DNA of 64,000 bases, taken from Podarcis liolepis (Eukaryota). A program made the translations under genes and the position numbers. The notes under the pieces were generated by a model. It saw nothing but the letters and a program-made list of their open reading frames with translations. It was not told where the DNA came from and made no database searches. Positions within the stretch are counted from its first letter, which is position 1; every line of letters begins with the position of its first letter. Location of the stretch: assembly GCA_965112155.1 (NCBI GenBank), contig OZ218099.1; one strand, 5' to 3'. This document shows positions 25,736 to 38,567 of this stretch, piece by piece.

Positions 25736-26779
25736 GAGCACATGAAGGACATGAGGGCAATAACTCTCTCACACTAATATTCCTCAGCTGCTGGTATTCA
25801 GACACAGGATCTCTGATCCTGGAGTTAGCATACACCTAGAGGTTTTAGTGATTAAGTGGTATGTAAATTCTATAAGAATCATTCTATCAAAAATAAACAA
25901 AGTCCTTTGTCTACCTCCCATTTGAAAGCTGTCTAGGTAAGCCTCTGATCGCAGTGTAATGTTCAGGGGAGTTTGCTACAACCCCCTGATCATTTCAGCT
26001 ATCGTTTTCTTCATCTTTCAGCAACATTGAAATCCTAATGATTTTATCTCGACTGCTTTCTTTCCGACCATATCCATCACCTAAACAGAGATGATTTCTG
26101 ATTTGTCTGATTACATCGTTTATTTATTTTTGATGGTTGCGCAGTGCCCAGATTATTGTGGGGGGCAGGGGAGAATGAAGCTAATACCATTGACAAGATC
26201 CAATCCCTGGTTCACTCCTGCTTTAGCCAATTTATCACTCTCATTCACAGACACGACCTTCTAAAAACAGTAGTTAAGGCAGCTGGCATACGGTAAATGT
26301 TAAGGGGATTCTGTGGAAAATACGAAAAGGGACCATCCCTTTGTAAAGAGCTGAAGTAGAGTTTTTCAAGCAAAGGCCTGCAATCTTTTATTATTGTAAT
26401 CTCTGGAGAAGTGCATCTACTCCTCAGCATTCTGTGATCTATCAGAAAATTCAGCTTTCTCTGTTTGACTTTGTGTTTATTGTGGTAAGTTTGCACTTTC
26501 ATTTTTCTGAAGGCTGCTTCCCTATTTTTGTGTTCCACAATTGCATCTGTGGCAGACTGCATCTCTCTGTCCTTGCCATTTTGTCACACTCACATACTGG
26601 CAAAGTCTTCTAAGTAAAGGTACATGGCACTGATGCCCCCCCCTTTATTGGCCTGATCTCAACAAAATTACCAGATGTCCCTTACATCACTGAGTGAGGA
26701 TGAAAGGGATCTGATATAGAGGGGTGATCTCAAACAATGATTCATTTGAACTGATGTCAAGTCCATGCCTGCACACCCT

Positions 26780-27240
26780 CTTCCCCGGAAGCTGTCATCC
26801 CAGATGTGTGCAGTTACGTGATGCATCTAGCAAAGCTTCTGCCTGTTGGTGGGGATGTGGCCTCTGAAGGATATTTTCCCATCTTTAGTGGGAATGCTCT
26901 TGGGTTTCATTACTCTGGTCTCAAGTCTGTCATGAAACATCTGAAATAATTATATCACCTGTTCAGGCTTCCTCACAACTGTCATTATTGAAGTCTTGAT
27001 AACAGGAAAGTGTATTGCTCTGAAGAACTTTTGACATGGATGCTAGCTGCTGCTAGGATTCTAATAAGCCAGCAATGGAAAACTTTGAAAAATTGACATT
27101 TATCTTTGTGGTATAAAAACTTATGAACTTTGATTATTGGAGGGAAAAAGAATTCATAAATTTCAGGTCTCCAGAGGGATAGAGGACCCAGAATGCTTCA
27201 ATGTTATCTGGTAGGATTTTATTTCTTATGCTTCCAACAA
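26780..27240 (+). mobile_element. Degenerate L1/Tx1-clade LINE ORF2 C-terminal fragment
   Basis: Translation across stops gives CWWGCG..H.*WEC (CCHC knuckle remnant, ~26843-26897) and EELLTWMLAAARILISQQWK (~27022-27081), typical of L1-clade ORF2 ends. Confidence 0.65.
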
Positions 27241-27429
27241 TCATCCATGCCAGCTCAAGAAAGCATAAGTGACTTATTTGTAAGACCTTAAAATAGATTT
27301 ATTATTTGTGATTTCTCTGTCCTCTAATGCACAAGTTTCAATCCCACAATAATCCTGCGAGGTAAAATAAGTGAAGAGTGTGACTTGCCCACCAAGGTCT
27401 TAGAACAGCTAAAAAGGAACTAGCACGCA

Positions 27430-27690
27430 AGAAACATAATTGGAGAACTGTTGGATCAGATCAAAGGCCCATCTAGTGCTTTCCTGTTCTCATAGCGGCC
27501 AACCCTGTGCCCATAGGATGCCAGCTAGGGCATGCGCACAACTGCACTCTCCCCACTTGCGCAACTGGTCTTTAGAGGCCTCCAACACGGGTGAAACATA
27601 GCCGTCCTGGCAAGTTGTTGATAGCCTTATCCTCCAGTTATTTGTCTAAACCACCCAAGTTGGTGGCCATCCAGTTTCCTTCAACTACAC
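27430..27690 (-). mobile_element. CR1-type 3' end fragment
   Basis: CTGTTGGATCAGATCAAAGGCCCATCTAGT...GATAGCCTTATCCTCC...TTGGTGGCCATC. The same tail appears in + orientation at ~1590-1733 and ~17700-17787. Confidence 0.6.
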
Positions 27691-27844
27691 CACACCTCAG
27701 CTCACTACTATTGGGCATACACTTTAGATCACTGTTCTTAACATGGGGGGTGGGGTAGGAGTCACAAGCTATAGATCCTCTCCCCAGAAAAAATGCACTT
27801 AAAACACATACACATTTTGCATACAATTCGTTTTATTGCATTGG

Positions 27845-28312
27845 AATTATCTGTGGAATGCTCTCACTAGAGAAACTCGCCTGGAGCCATCATTATATGT
27901 ACCAGTATTTAGGTGCCAGGCAAAAACATTCTTTATCCAGGCCTTTGGCCATTAAACAGTCTATGGCAGTGGTTCCCAACTGGTGGTCCGCAGACCCCAG
28001 GAGGTCCACATAACCCACCCAGGGGATCCATGGCACCATTCAAATAACAAAACTACTACCTTAGAGATAACATTTTCAAAAGTATGGGGCCCATGGCTTG
28101 GCTTTTAAAAATCAGGGTCTGCAGTACTTAGCTAATTGGGAATCACTGGTCTATGGCATTTTAAATATGTGTGTTAGGGAATGTTATTAAGATTTCCCCC
28201 CCTTATTGTTTTATTGTCTTTTATTATTATGCAATGCAAATTCTGTTTTTAATGTTGTACACCGCCCTGGGATCTTCGGATAAAGGGCGGTATATAATTT
28301 TAATAATAATAA
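27845..28312 (+). mobile_element. L2 LINE 3' end, interrupted by a hAT MITE and abutting the CpG island
   Basis: CTGTGGAATGCTCT...CAGGCCTTT, an AT-rich 3'UTR, terminal stem-loop ACCGCCCT...AGGGCGGT and an (AAT)n tail. Confidence 0.7.
27967..28148. mobile_element. Non-autonomous hAT MITE (182 bp)
   Basis: TIRs CAGTGGTTCCCAA / TTGGGAATCACTG; perfect 8-bp TSD GTCTATGG (27959-27966 and 28149-28156). Confidence 0.9.
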
Positions 28313-29130
28313 TTGGAGCGGGTTCACTGAAGCCCACTCAGATCCACGGCCCACACATTTCGGTGCTTCAAGCCTACACCCCCCACCGAAGCAAGGAAGG
28401 CGGCGAACACGTGTTTGAGAGCGGGCGCGCGCCCGGCTCAGCCAATGGGGGAGCTGCATTGGGGCGGCCGCTCCGCGCTGAGGCGACCGACGCCCGGCGG
28501 CAAACCGGGATTTCGCGACCGTTTGCGAAATGGCGCCCTCTTCTTCTTCTGTTTACCCCGCTCCCCTTTCTCTCTAACCTGGGATTGGGAAGTTGGGGGG
28601 GGGAGGCAGAAACCCTCCCGTTGTAGAGCATGGGGAGTCGAAATTATAGCGTCGGTGCGCCTCCTCACAGCCTGAGGAGGGGGAAAGAGGGAGGGAGGAA
28701 GCCCCCTTCTGCAGCGCCCTCACAACGGCAGTCTCGACGGTTAATCTGCCCCCCCCATCTTCCTGTCGAGCGCGCGCGCGCGCCGTTTCTCCTTTTCTCT
28801 CACCCGCCGGGGGGTGAGGGTGGATAGGGGGGAATAGGCGTAGGGGGGGAATAAAGGCGCGACTTTCCCGCCTCCTTGGCACACGCCCGGAGCTGCTGGG
28901 TCTCTTTCCCGGCCAGGCAGCTGCTCCCACCTCCTCCTCCCCGCGCCTGTGGCGGCCCTTCCCCGCCTCGCGCAGCCCTCCGGGCCGCCTGCCAGCCGAG
29001 CCTCCCCTCCTCCCTCTCCCCGCCCGCCCCCCCGTGTGTGTCGAAAGGGACTGACGGAAAGATGGCCCCTCCTTCCCGCTCCCCCCTCCTCCCTCTCCCC
29101 GCCTCCCCCGCCAAAGACGAGGCCGAGCTG

Positions 29131-29141
29131 GTGTTTTTCCA
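29131..29141 (-). promoter_or_regulatory. TonE/ORE (NFAT5/TonEBP) element
   Basis: Minus strand TGGAAAAACAC fits the TonE consensus TGGAAANNYNY and lies ~100-110 bp upstream of the TATA-predicted TSS. The mammalian taurine transporter is a known TonEBP target through a proximal TonE. Confidence 0.75.
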
Positions 29142-29212
29142 CTCAGCAGGATGGGTGATGCTCGGCGCTCGCTCATTAGACAACAGACACGAGAGGTCAG
29201 GAAGAAAGCGCT

Positions 29213-29218
29213 TATAAA
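29213..29218 (+). promoter_or_regulatory. TATA box
   Basis: CTTATAAATT embedded in GC-rich island sequence, oriented toward the SLC6A6 exons. Confidence 0.7.
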
Positions 29219-29242
29219 TTACCGTTTCCTCCCTCGCAGCCC

Positions 29243-29343
29243 TGTTAGTCCGCCTTGGCACTCTCCCCGGGACACACGGGACAGACCCACGGGCAGCTAA
29301 GGCGCTGGACAGATACCTGGTCAGAGGGGTGCCGCTGCTACAG
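29243..29343 (+). other. SLC6A6: Predicted non-coding exon 1 of SLC6A6 (TSS approximate)
   Basis: Starts ~30 bp after the TATA box, contains no ATG, and ends at a plausible donor CAG|GTACCC (29343/29344). Confidence 0.5.
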
Positions 29344-32300
29344 GTACCCGAGGCTCTTTTCCGAGGGATTTTTGATATAGATATATATTATTACATATAT
29401 ATTGGGAGAGCAAAGGCACACAGGGAAGGACCTAAGCCCATCCTTCGCGGCTCTGCTTTCTCTCTGTCGGTGGCTCCCTTTTCTTCCTTTCTTCCTCGCT
29501 CTCCTTCCCTCTCTTTTCCGCTCTCCCTCGTAGCGTTTAGGAACAAAGGGAGTCGGCATATGGATCGCCTCTTGTCATTTACTGGAAAACGGGGAGCTAC
29601 TCTGAAGAAAAGAAACACTTCTTCCTCTTTCTAAGGGGCATCCCTCAGCCAAGGTGGGAAGCAAGAAATCCTGGCATCAGGGGGTCGGGGATTTTTTTGG
29701 CCAGGTTTCACCGTAGGCTGAGAAGCCCACCCACCCACCTACCTTCCCTTATCCGACCCCCACCCCTTTCCCCCTTCCTTAGAGATTTGTATTTGTCCTT
29801 TGCTATTTACTTTTAGGATGCATTGCTTCTGTGCTTTTTTTTTTGAGAGCGAGCGAGTGAGCGAGCGCATGGCGGTTTTCCTTTTGTCTGGGGTCCCCCC
29901 CCCCCAATTAAAACGTGCATGCATGTGCACCTTTCTGGTTTGGCTGTATGGGGTCTCTCAGCAGTTACCTCTCTTCCCCGCCGCCGCCCTCCGACACCTT
30001 GTGTTAACTTTTAAATAACAGATAGCAGCTAAGTGGAATTGTCTGCTGGTGCGGCTAACGCTTTCCTCCTAGTTTTAGTGCGTTTTCTGCCTTTGTATGT
30101 GTGGTGAGCATGTGCTTGGCCCTCCTCACTCCCTTCCTCTTCTGTGCAGTGTGCGATTAAATTATATTTAAGCAGCGCTGTTCTCTGCTACTAAAAATCT
30201 ACCAGAAAAGGCAAGCGCTAGCATTGCTAAACGGGTGGTGTTAGTACATCTTTAACTGGACTGCAGTTGCCCTCTTGTGCACTCGTTCATTCATTTTTTG
30301 GGGGTTTGGAGTGGTGAAAGGAAAGGGATTGTGATACTCTTAGAAAGTTTGCTGGCAAGAACCGAATCTCCAGCACACTTCAGTGTCAATAAAGTGATTC
30401 TGGATTTCCACCGCTGTTCCTGGGATCAGAAGGCAGCACTAAGGTGATGAATATTCATCTGTGTGTGTGATCGTTTAACAAAAGGGAAGGATACAGACTT
30501 TTGAGGCAGCACCATCTAAATTTCCATATAAGAGCATGAGGAGGAAGGCACTTTGCATACGTGTAAGGATCAGCAGATGGCCAATTGAGGATATGCTTCT
30601 CTTTTTATACTGTTTTGTTTAGAGGAGAACAAAGTGTTCGTTACCTATACAACCTGTGCTTTACCAAGGTGAATGTCTGAACTAGACATTCTTATTACTG
30701 CTGCTGCCTAATACTGAATGCTTTTGGGAGAAAAGACCATTATCTTTCATACAGACCTTATTTCTAAGTATGCATTCTTTAAGCTTACTGTCTTTAGAGT
30801 TCTAAAAATAAGTAATATATACTGTGAAATGAAGAGCCAGGTGTGATGGTGAAGAAACAGAGCTGCCTGTTTTGAAATCTTGAACGTCCTTGCAGCTCTT
30901 CCCAATGTGGATATAGAGCTTTGCTTATTCTTTTTTAAACATTCATAGTGACTAATTTTTAACGGTATCAGGAAAGGCATTAAGAAAGTGTGCCAAGAAA
31001 AGTCAGTTGTGCTTAATGGGCTCTTTTGGTATCCACTGTACTTTCTTGTTCCTCTGTGTTAAAGACTGTCTTAAGGGTTGGGCTGAAAGAACCAAATAGG
31101 TTTGTCATGTTAACAGGCTATGTAATTTGGAGTTGCTGCTGGCTAAGATTTTGAAATCTCTTATTTTTTAAAAGGATATTTTGTTTTTAGTGAATGAGCT
31201 TATTAAAAATGTGGGGTTATTCATACACAGTGTTTGAGGGGAGGGAAATATAGCCCAGTCTAGGCCAGACCTCTGTGTCCTTGGCAAATGATTTTGTATG
31301 TCTAGATTTATATTTGAATAAGCAAATAATCTCTCTAGCACCATTTGACTTTGGAATGTGGTGGGAATATTTTCCTGGAAGACATTGCTTGGAAACTGAT
31401 CTTTTACAGTAGGGATAGATTTTACTTTGTACCGGAGATGAGCTAGTCATCTACTGTAATAACAATGTCATTTACTTAAGGCAAATGCTGAAGGTGAACG
31501 TACTGTTCAGAGGGGGAAATTATATGTTTGCTGTGGTGGTCTGTTTCTCTCTGTTTTCAATTTTACCTCTTTCTCCTTTAATCTTCCCAATATTGATCTC
31601 TCTTTTTTAAATCTGTCACTCCCTTTTGCTTTTCACGTCTCCCTCTGCCCTCCAGTCACCTTCTACCCTCTCCCCCAAGGTCTTTCATTTTCCTTTCCCA
31701 CTTTCCTCTGCACTAATCTCCTTATAGCACTGGCACCCAAGAATGACATAACCTTTGGCAGCCTGCAAAAGCAAGTGTGGCAAATAACATCCCATCCTGT
31801 AGGGGGCGGTATGTGAGATTGGACCAGCAAAGACATTGTTACAGAATGGTAATGGGTGGGGGGAATAGGTTGTTGCTTTCCCCCCTGGGCTATATCATAG
31901 ATGGGCTCCAGTATGCAAACTTAGACAGAATTATCTTCAGAAATCTCTTAATTGCATTGGATAGAACTGTGTAATTCCAGGATGAGGCCTATAGAATATT
32001 AGAGAATTAGTAAGTGAACAAATGGCCGGAAGTCTTGGTCTTTGAGCTGATCATAAAATGAGCAGCTTTGGTTAAAGAGATATAAGCAGGAGATTTTGGT
32101 GTAAAGCTGAAGCAACTCTCCGAAGGCTAATTTACAGTGGAGTAACTGAGTGCAATGTGATGATATCATTTAGGCATTTTTTTTTTTTGCCATGATGGAA
32201 TAAAATATCATTAGAATTTCTTCTGTTCCTCTTTTCTTATGGGAAGGGGAGAATGGACTGAGACATAAGAGTCTGATAACTGATTAATGGGGGAAATGAA

Positions 32301-33055
32301 GAAATGCCTGATGAGAATACTAAAAATAGGTGAATGAGGTATAGACCTGTCAGAATCTTGTTGCTTCATTAGGGCTTGGGTGAACTATAAGCCTCTCTTT
32401 CAGGGTTATTTCAGTAAAGGTTTTCCAGTCTCACAGTGACTTCTCAAATATGGCCCACAGGGTACTGAGGGCAAAACTACGCATGACTTTGGAGCTGTGT
32501 GATTGGAACTTTTGATGTTCTATTTTCTAATGTAATGTAACTGAAGTGAGGCTGCCAATTAGATTGGTCAAGCAGCACTTGGGAAGTCTATTCACCCCTT
32601 TTCCTACTGCACCATACTTCAGTCAAAAGCACACATCCTATGCTGTTGTTTGCTCTGTGGTGGGAAATAAGGGCATTATAAAATGTAGTATTGTGAGTGA
32701 TGTGGTTTTGTGCTTTGTTTTTTGGTGCAGTTTTTAGTTTGATCATTTGTTTTAATTATTGGATTATTGTTATTTTAATGTTTTGCATTTCTGTTTGTGA
32801 AAGCCGGTTTGAGCACCTCCTTTTGTGGAGGGGGAACGTGGGATATATATAGCCTTCATTCTGCCTCCCAAGATTTTTTGAGGGATTTAAAACTGTATCT
32901 AGAAATGTGTAACTAGAAGCCTTTTGTTGAGTAGAGCCTACATGTTAGAATGTCACGATAGGCATTCATGCTCATAAGTGGGTGGCCAAATTGTGGCATG
33001 GTTGCACCTAGTGTCAGAGTTTGTGGCATTTCTGGACAATAGCCAGAGAGCTATT

Positions 33056-33182
33056 GTTGTTGTTTAGTCATGTTCGACTCTTTGTGACCCCATGGATCAG
33101 AGCACGCTGGGCACTCCTGTCTTCCACTGCCTCCCGCAGTTTGGTCAAACTCATGTTAGTAGCTTCGAGAACACTGTCCAAT
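33056..33182 (-). mobile_element. Bov-B (RTE) LINE 3'-end fragment
   Basis: GTTGTTGTTTAGTCATGTTCGACTCTTTGTGACCCCATGGA.. is a reverse Bov-B 3' end with a (CAA)n tail. TSD AGAGAGCTATT (33045-33055) / AGAGAACTATT (33183-33193). Confidence 0.8.
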
Positions 33183-36100
33183 AGAGAACTATTAGGTTTG
33201 ACTATTGAAAGGAGCCAAAATCACCCCGAATCCTGGAAGTAGCCTATGTCTTGAAGCCTATGTCTAGCCTATGTCTTGCACTGTCTCACACTTTGTGCTT
33301 GACTTGTGCTTTTGCCTTAAAGGTTGCCTGTCAGTGTTCTAATTGATCATTACACTTGGGAATGGGAAGGATTTCCCCCACTTCCAGGCTGGTGAACATG
33401 GTGGGAGGGAAGTGATTTCCTTCCCTTGGAATACATGGATTGGATTACTTGTCTGAGCAGCATCATGTTGTGAAAATGTTCTGTACTTGCTTGAAGGCAT
33501 CATCACTGTTATGTTTGCTGCTTCTCTGTGCATGTGACACATCTTTTACAAAGTGAGGCCCAATTAAGACACAGCAGTAGGGGTGCTGTTGAAACGCATC
33601 TGTGGAATTGGGGCTCCACACAACTGTTTTAATGTCTACAATCAGCTCCCCACATGTATCAGTGGGATTGTGTGGCCATCCCTCAAGTCAGCAACAAACC
33701 TTTCTAATATCTGTATCTAAATTCTATTTGTCATATCCAACAGAATAAAAAATACATTTTTGTTTTCAGTGTGGTAGTGTAAATGACTCTGTGAAGTAAT
33801 TGATCTTCAAGAAAATAATGATGTGGCATAGACAGACATCATATTGCTATTATGCCCTGGGGAGGAAAGAGGTTATGAAATATCCTGTGATACAGATCTG
33901 AGTTTAATCTTGTATATAATTTACTAAACCATAAATTCAGGACATCTCAGTAGGACAAGACACTTTTCCAATACACAATGCTGAAAGTGGCTAGCGTTGT
34001 TTTGGTAAATGTTTGTATATTAATGTGAAAAGAAACTGTTCTATGGAAATGGTTCAAGATGCTGCTAGTCTTTGATATCGTCTGATGATCACATGACTTA
34101 AGTGCTGAAGTAGTGAGATAAGATACTGTGCTTGACACAATGGTGAAATGGTGGTGGAATGGTAGAGGGGATGTGGAGCATCTAGATGTTCACATCCCAA
34201 TATTTCAGAATCCTGTTGCATATGGTAAGAATGATTGGAGAGAAAGGAAGGAACCTTGTTGTTCTTGCTCTTGAAAGAATGTTATATGTTGTTTATTATA
34301 TAGCATGTGATAACCCAAAACAAGCCTACACTAGTACTTATCTTCCCCATATAGAATGCCCCTCTTGCTACCCTGCTACCATAGAAAAGGCACACACACA
34401 AATATATAAAGAGAGACAGGACAGAAGAAGGAGAGGAGGGAATATGAAGGCAAGTTAAGTTGTGGGAGAAGACAATAGGAGTCAAAAGGACCACTAAAGT
34501 ATTTTTTAATCAATAAACTCAAAGGAGTTACAGGATTGTGAAAACAAGGTCATGTAAAGCCATCTGCATCCTGCAAATGTCACGTGTAGTATGATGATAA
34601 GCATATAAGCACTAACGTTTCTGTAAACATGCTTGGTTCTCCCCACTCCCCTTCCTTCCTTTGAACCATTTCAGTGGAGGTGGCAAGGGGTGGGGATTGG
34701 GAAGGCAAGAGATTTGGGGAGCGGGACTAGTGTCCTGAGAAGGAATCCCTCTTTCTGCTCAAACCTCCTCCTGAACAACTTCTCTTCAGAAAACTGAGCG
34801 GGGGAAGGCTAAAGACTGTGCTTGGGGAACTTGTGATCTTGAGCTGGGAGACAGCGCCACCTAAATGCCCTATTCCCCTAGTAACTAGGCAGGAGAGCAG
34901 GAAGTGTCCCTGCTTAAGGGGGAGGAACAGTTCTTTTGTGGTATCAGCAGCCTGCCCTCAACTCAGATTTCTTTGCACACCTAAGGAACAGAGGAGAGAA
35001 GCCTGAGACAATGGCTGCTGATGTCACAAGGGCATTCTTTCCCCGCTACCCTCCCACCTGTAGCTAACATTGGAACAGGGACAGGCTGCCCAGAGGAAGG
35101 TGAAGTAGGCAGAGACATGAGGTAAGGATAAAGGCGAGGCAGTGGGCAGAGGTAAAAGCTCCAGCTCCCTAGTGACTGAGGAGGAAAGGCCGAAGAAAGG
35201 AGCTAGAAATCCAACACGACTTGATCTACTCATTTAGCTTCATTGTTTCATATTTTTGCCTAACATTTATCTACTTAGCCTGCCTCTGTTTCTTTCTATA
35301 TGGTCTTTTTGTTCCCATTGTTGTAAGTCTCATCAACCAATGAACAAGCATCCTCAGCATTTATAACAGTTTTTAGATGGGGGGGAAATGAAAGCTGACT
35401 ATAGGGTGGGGGCCGTGAAAGCCTTGCTAGCAAGGCAAAGCTACACAAAAGTGCCATGGCAGCAGGATGCTCCAGCTCTGCTAACCAGCTTCCTTTCCAC
35501 CAGATATGTAAGTATTCCTCAGTTAAGCAGGGCTTAAAGGCCAGAAGCAAATATCTACTACTGCACTGCTCTTAATAATAATATTTATTGGTTGCTTTGC
35601 TCATAGAAGTAACTCAAAGGACAATTAGGTCTGTCTGCAGTACAAAATACTTTATATGTAGCAGTAGTAATAATCACTATTATATACTTCTGGGCACCCC
35701 CTCCTGGTGCATTTCAGTTTTGTCCCATTATTTTCTACTTTTGCCTTCAAGCTCAAACATGATTCTAGCAGGGATTGATTATTTTTTTACTCGTGGCAAG
35801 TTAAAGCCTGTTCATATATAGTTTAGGGCAGCCTTCTCTGTATACTTCTTCCCTGTCTCTGCATCCTTACAAAATTAACTTTGCTAGTGCAGCTGTGAAT
35901 GTGAGCTTGCTTTGTAGATGCAGCTTGCCTCAAGACTTTTGCTTCATAGAAACACTGCATGTGTGCCCTGTCCCTAACAATACTCTTAACGTTTCAAGCA
36001 GAGGCTGTTGTCTAATCCCAGATAAAAGCACTTTCTGCCATTAAGGTCTGCTTTACAAATAATCACTTTTCAAAAACATATACACCAGTGCCAAGGTCTC

Positions 36101-37909
36101 CAACTCATATGTGTATGGTGTGAAACTTTCATTTGCCATTGTGTAAGATGTGCAACTGTCCCAGTACTCATAAGAGACAATGCACAGGTATGTCAGTCTC
36201 TTCAATGGGCTGGGAGCCTTATTGAACTTACTGGAGCTTGTTTAAATCATGTTAAATCTATTTGTTTTAAATTACAGTGGTACTTATAAATGTCAAATAT
36301 TTAAAAATGATTTCTTGAGGGGAATGAAATGTCTGAAAAACAGTGCCATCTATTCTCATTCAAGATGTGTCCTGTACTGTATCTCTGAATAAATTGGGGT
36401 TTGAATATTAATTATATTTTATCATTGACTTGTGACTTTCCTTTTAAGAGCAAGTTGGCTTGTTCAACCAGAGAAAGTAATAATACTGGTTTTTTTCAAT
36501 GCTGAATTGATTCTTTTAAATTATTATTTATATCATTATTATTTCTAATTTTATTGTTATTACTAATGCAACTACTTTTAGTTTTAACAATATCATCATC
36601 ACCACCCCACCACCATTATCATTTTATTTAATTATTGTTAATTCAGAAAATTATTCCAGATGCTGCAGAGGTTCAAGTTCTAAGAGCTTGCAGTAGCTTA
36701 GACTTAAAAATATTTTCCACCTAAAGCAAGTTATAGAAAGATAAAAATAACACCAAGAGCTACAATGTTTCAAGGTCCACAGAATGAGAAGCCCAGCTCT
36801 GTGGCTTTGTGATATACCATTGTGTTCAAATTGTTCTCAATTTTTTCAGTTTTATACACACTGCCAAGTTTAATAGACCTGTTAAACTGTTGAAATTGAA
36901 TGTAGAATAACTGCACATTCCCACATATATCCCCTTGCCTAGCAGAAACAAAGTGTATTTTTAATGGACAAGTAGCTTCTAGCCCCCTGTATGAAGTACT
37001 TTAGCTTTAGCCTGGCATGCACAACAAATTTTATAGTAGTTAACTCCAGTTGCAGCTGGAGGAATTTGTTTTCTACATTAGGGCTGCCTTTAGACTTAAT
37101 GAAACCCAGCTTTATAGCTGCTCAGCCTATATCCAAGCCACGCTTAAGTACACAATAGTTCGACTATAGCATTGAAACTACACTTCAGCCTGATGTTGTG
37201 TATACTCCAAACATTTAAAGCAAATTCTCCTCTACCCCCAAATAATCCTGGTAATCCTGGAGGTATTTGTTAAGGATGTCAAGAATTGTGCTCTGTGAAG
37301 GGTAAACTACAATTCCCAGGATTCTTTGGACAGATGTGCTTTAAATGTTTGGTGTGCGCTTGCAGAAGTGACTCAATACACCACATCCTGCCTTGGTAAG
37401 TACAGAAGAGGTGTTAGCTATTTTAATAGAATACACCTAGGCAGCTTATTTTCAGTTAGAGACTGTCAGGACACGAAATACACTTTGTTACTATCTCTAC
37501 TTCTTCCCCATCTCTTGCAGAACTGCACAAATTCCTTAGCACAGATTATTTTAACTCTTGCTTATAGATAAGACTTCAGGCTGCTACCAGAATGTGGGCA
37601 TTAGAAGAACAATGTAGTAGAGGCCTGTCAAAACTGCAGACTTGGGGAGAAGTTTGATGCCTTGGTACTCTTCAGTTTCCAATCCCATTCTCTCTGCCTT
37701 CCAGTCCACCCTCTCATACTTGAGCCAGCTCCCTGCCCTATGCCAGCAGAATCCGCTATAGGATCCAGAGAGGGTATTTGCTTTGCAGGATCTAACTAGG
37801 TACCGGTAGTTGAGAACCGTTACAGAGTTTTACTGATCCCTGTACCTATTTGCAGACTAGGTCTCTGGCAAGAAGAGATCCAGAAACAGTTGCTGTGCCC
37901 CAAAGCCAG

Positions 37910-38126
37910 AAATAGAGTTCAGTGGTAGAGCACATGCTTTGGAAGCAGAAGGTATGAGGCTCAGACCCCAGCATCTCTAGATTAAAAAGGACTGATTGAG
38001 AAATTGTATTTCTAGATTGAGAAATACTTCTTCCCGAGACTTTGAAGAGCCACTGCAAGTCAAGAGTGCATAATACTGGGCTAACTGGACAAACTTACCT
38101 GGTGTAAGGCAGCTTCTTATGTTCCT
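37910..38126 (+). mobile_element. Squam3-like tRNA-derived SINE
   Basis: A-box TCAGTGGTAGAGCA, degenerate B-box, and 3' end ...GTAAGGCAGCTTCTTATGTTCCT. Confidence 0.7.
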
Positions 38127-38567
38127 AAGCTGTTTTTCAGCTTTTCATTTTTCAAGACTAAAAGATCAGAGTCCCTACTGTAGGCCACAGAGGACCTTTC
38201 GGTGCTAGAAAATGGCTGTAAACAATGGAGATCCTAGACAATGATGCACAAACAAATCCCAGGGAAAGTGATAAGCCTCCCTGTCTTGCTGCAGGAACTT
38301 AATTTTTCTGGATCTTAAGTTTGACTTTTGAGACAGTTTGCCAGAATTTCAATTTTTTAAAGCTGGCACATTGTATGAAAGATTAAAGCGGAAAATTAGG
38401 GAGGAACAGTTGCCTGGTAGTGCAGACTCTGTTGTTATCTGGAGTTCTTAAACACACATGTGGCATTCATATCTGGCAGGATTATGTCCATATTTTCCCC
38501 TCCATTAGCATCTTATTTTTTGTTTTGTTTTGTTTATTTTATTTTATTTTTTCTTTTTCTGAAACAG

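Larger units (their letters stand above)
28340..30060. promoter_or_regulatory. SLC6A6: CpG island containing the SLC6A6 promoter
   Basis: Abrupt rise in GC and CpG density (densest 28400-29560) in an otherwise CpG-depleted window, with GC boxes, CCAAT boxes and a TATA box. It is the only such island upstream of the coding exons. Confidence 0.85.

Noticed and set aside
1-28300. Possible exons of a neighbouring protein-coding gene upstream of SLC6A6
   Set aside because: No recognisable coding exon found by eye; small exons or lncRNAs cannot be excluded without alignment.
28171-29634. Many overlapping ORFs up to 200 aa on both strands
   Set aside because: Low-complexity G/R/P/A-rich translations expected from stop-poor CpG-island DNA; no recognisable domain.
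33241-33279. Three copies of AGCCTATGTCT
   Set aside because: Short slippage repeat without spacers; not CRISPR-like, and the DNA is eukaryotic.
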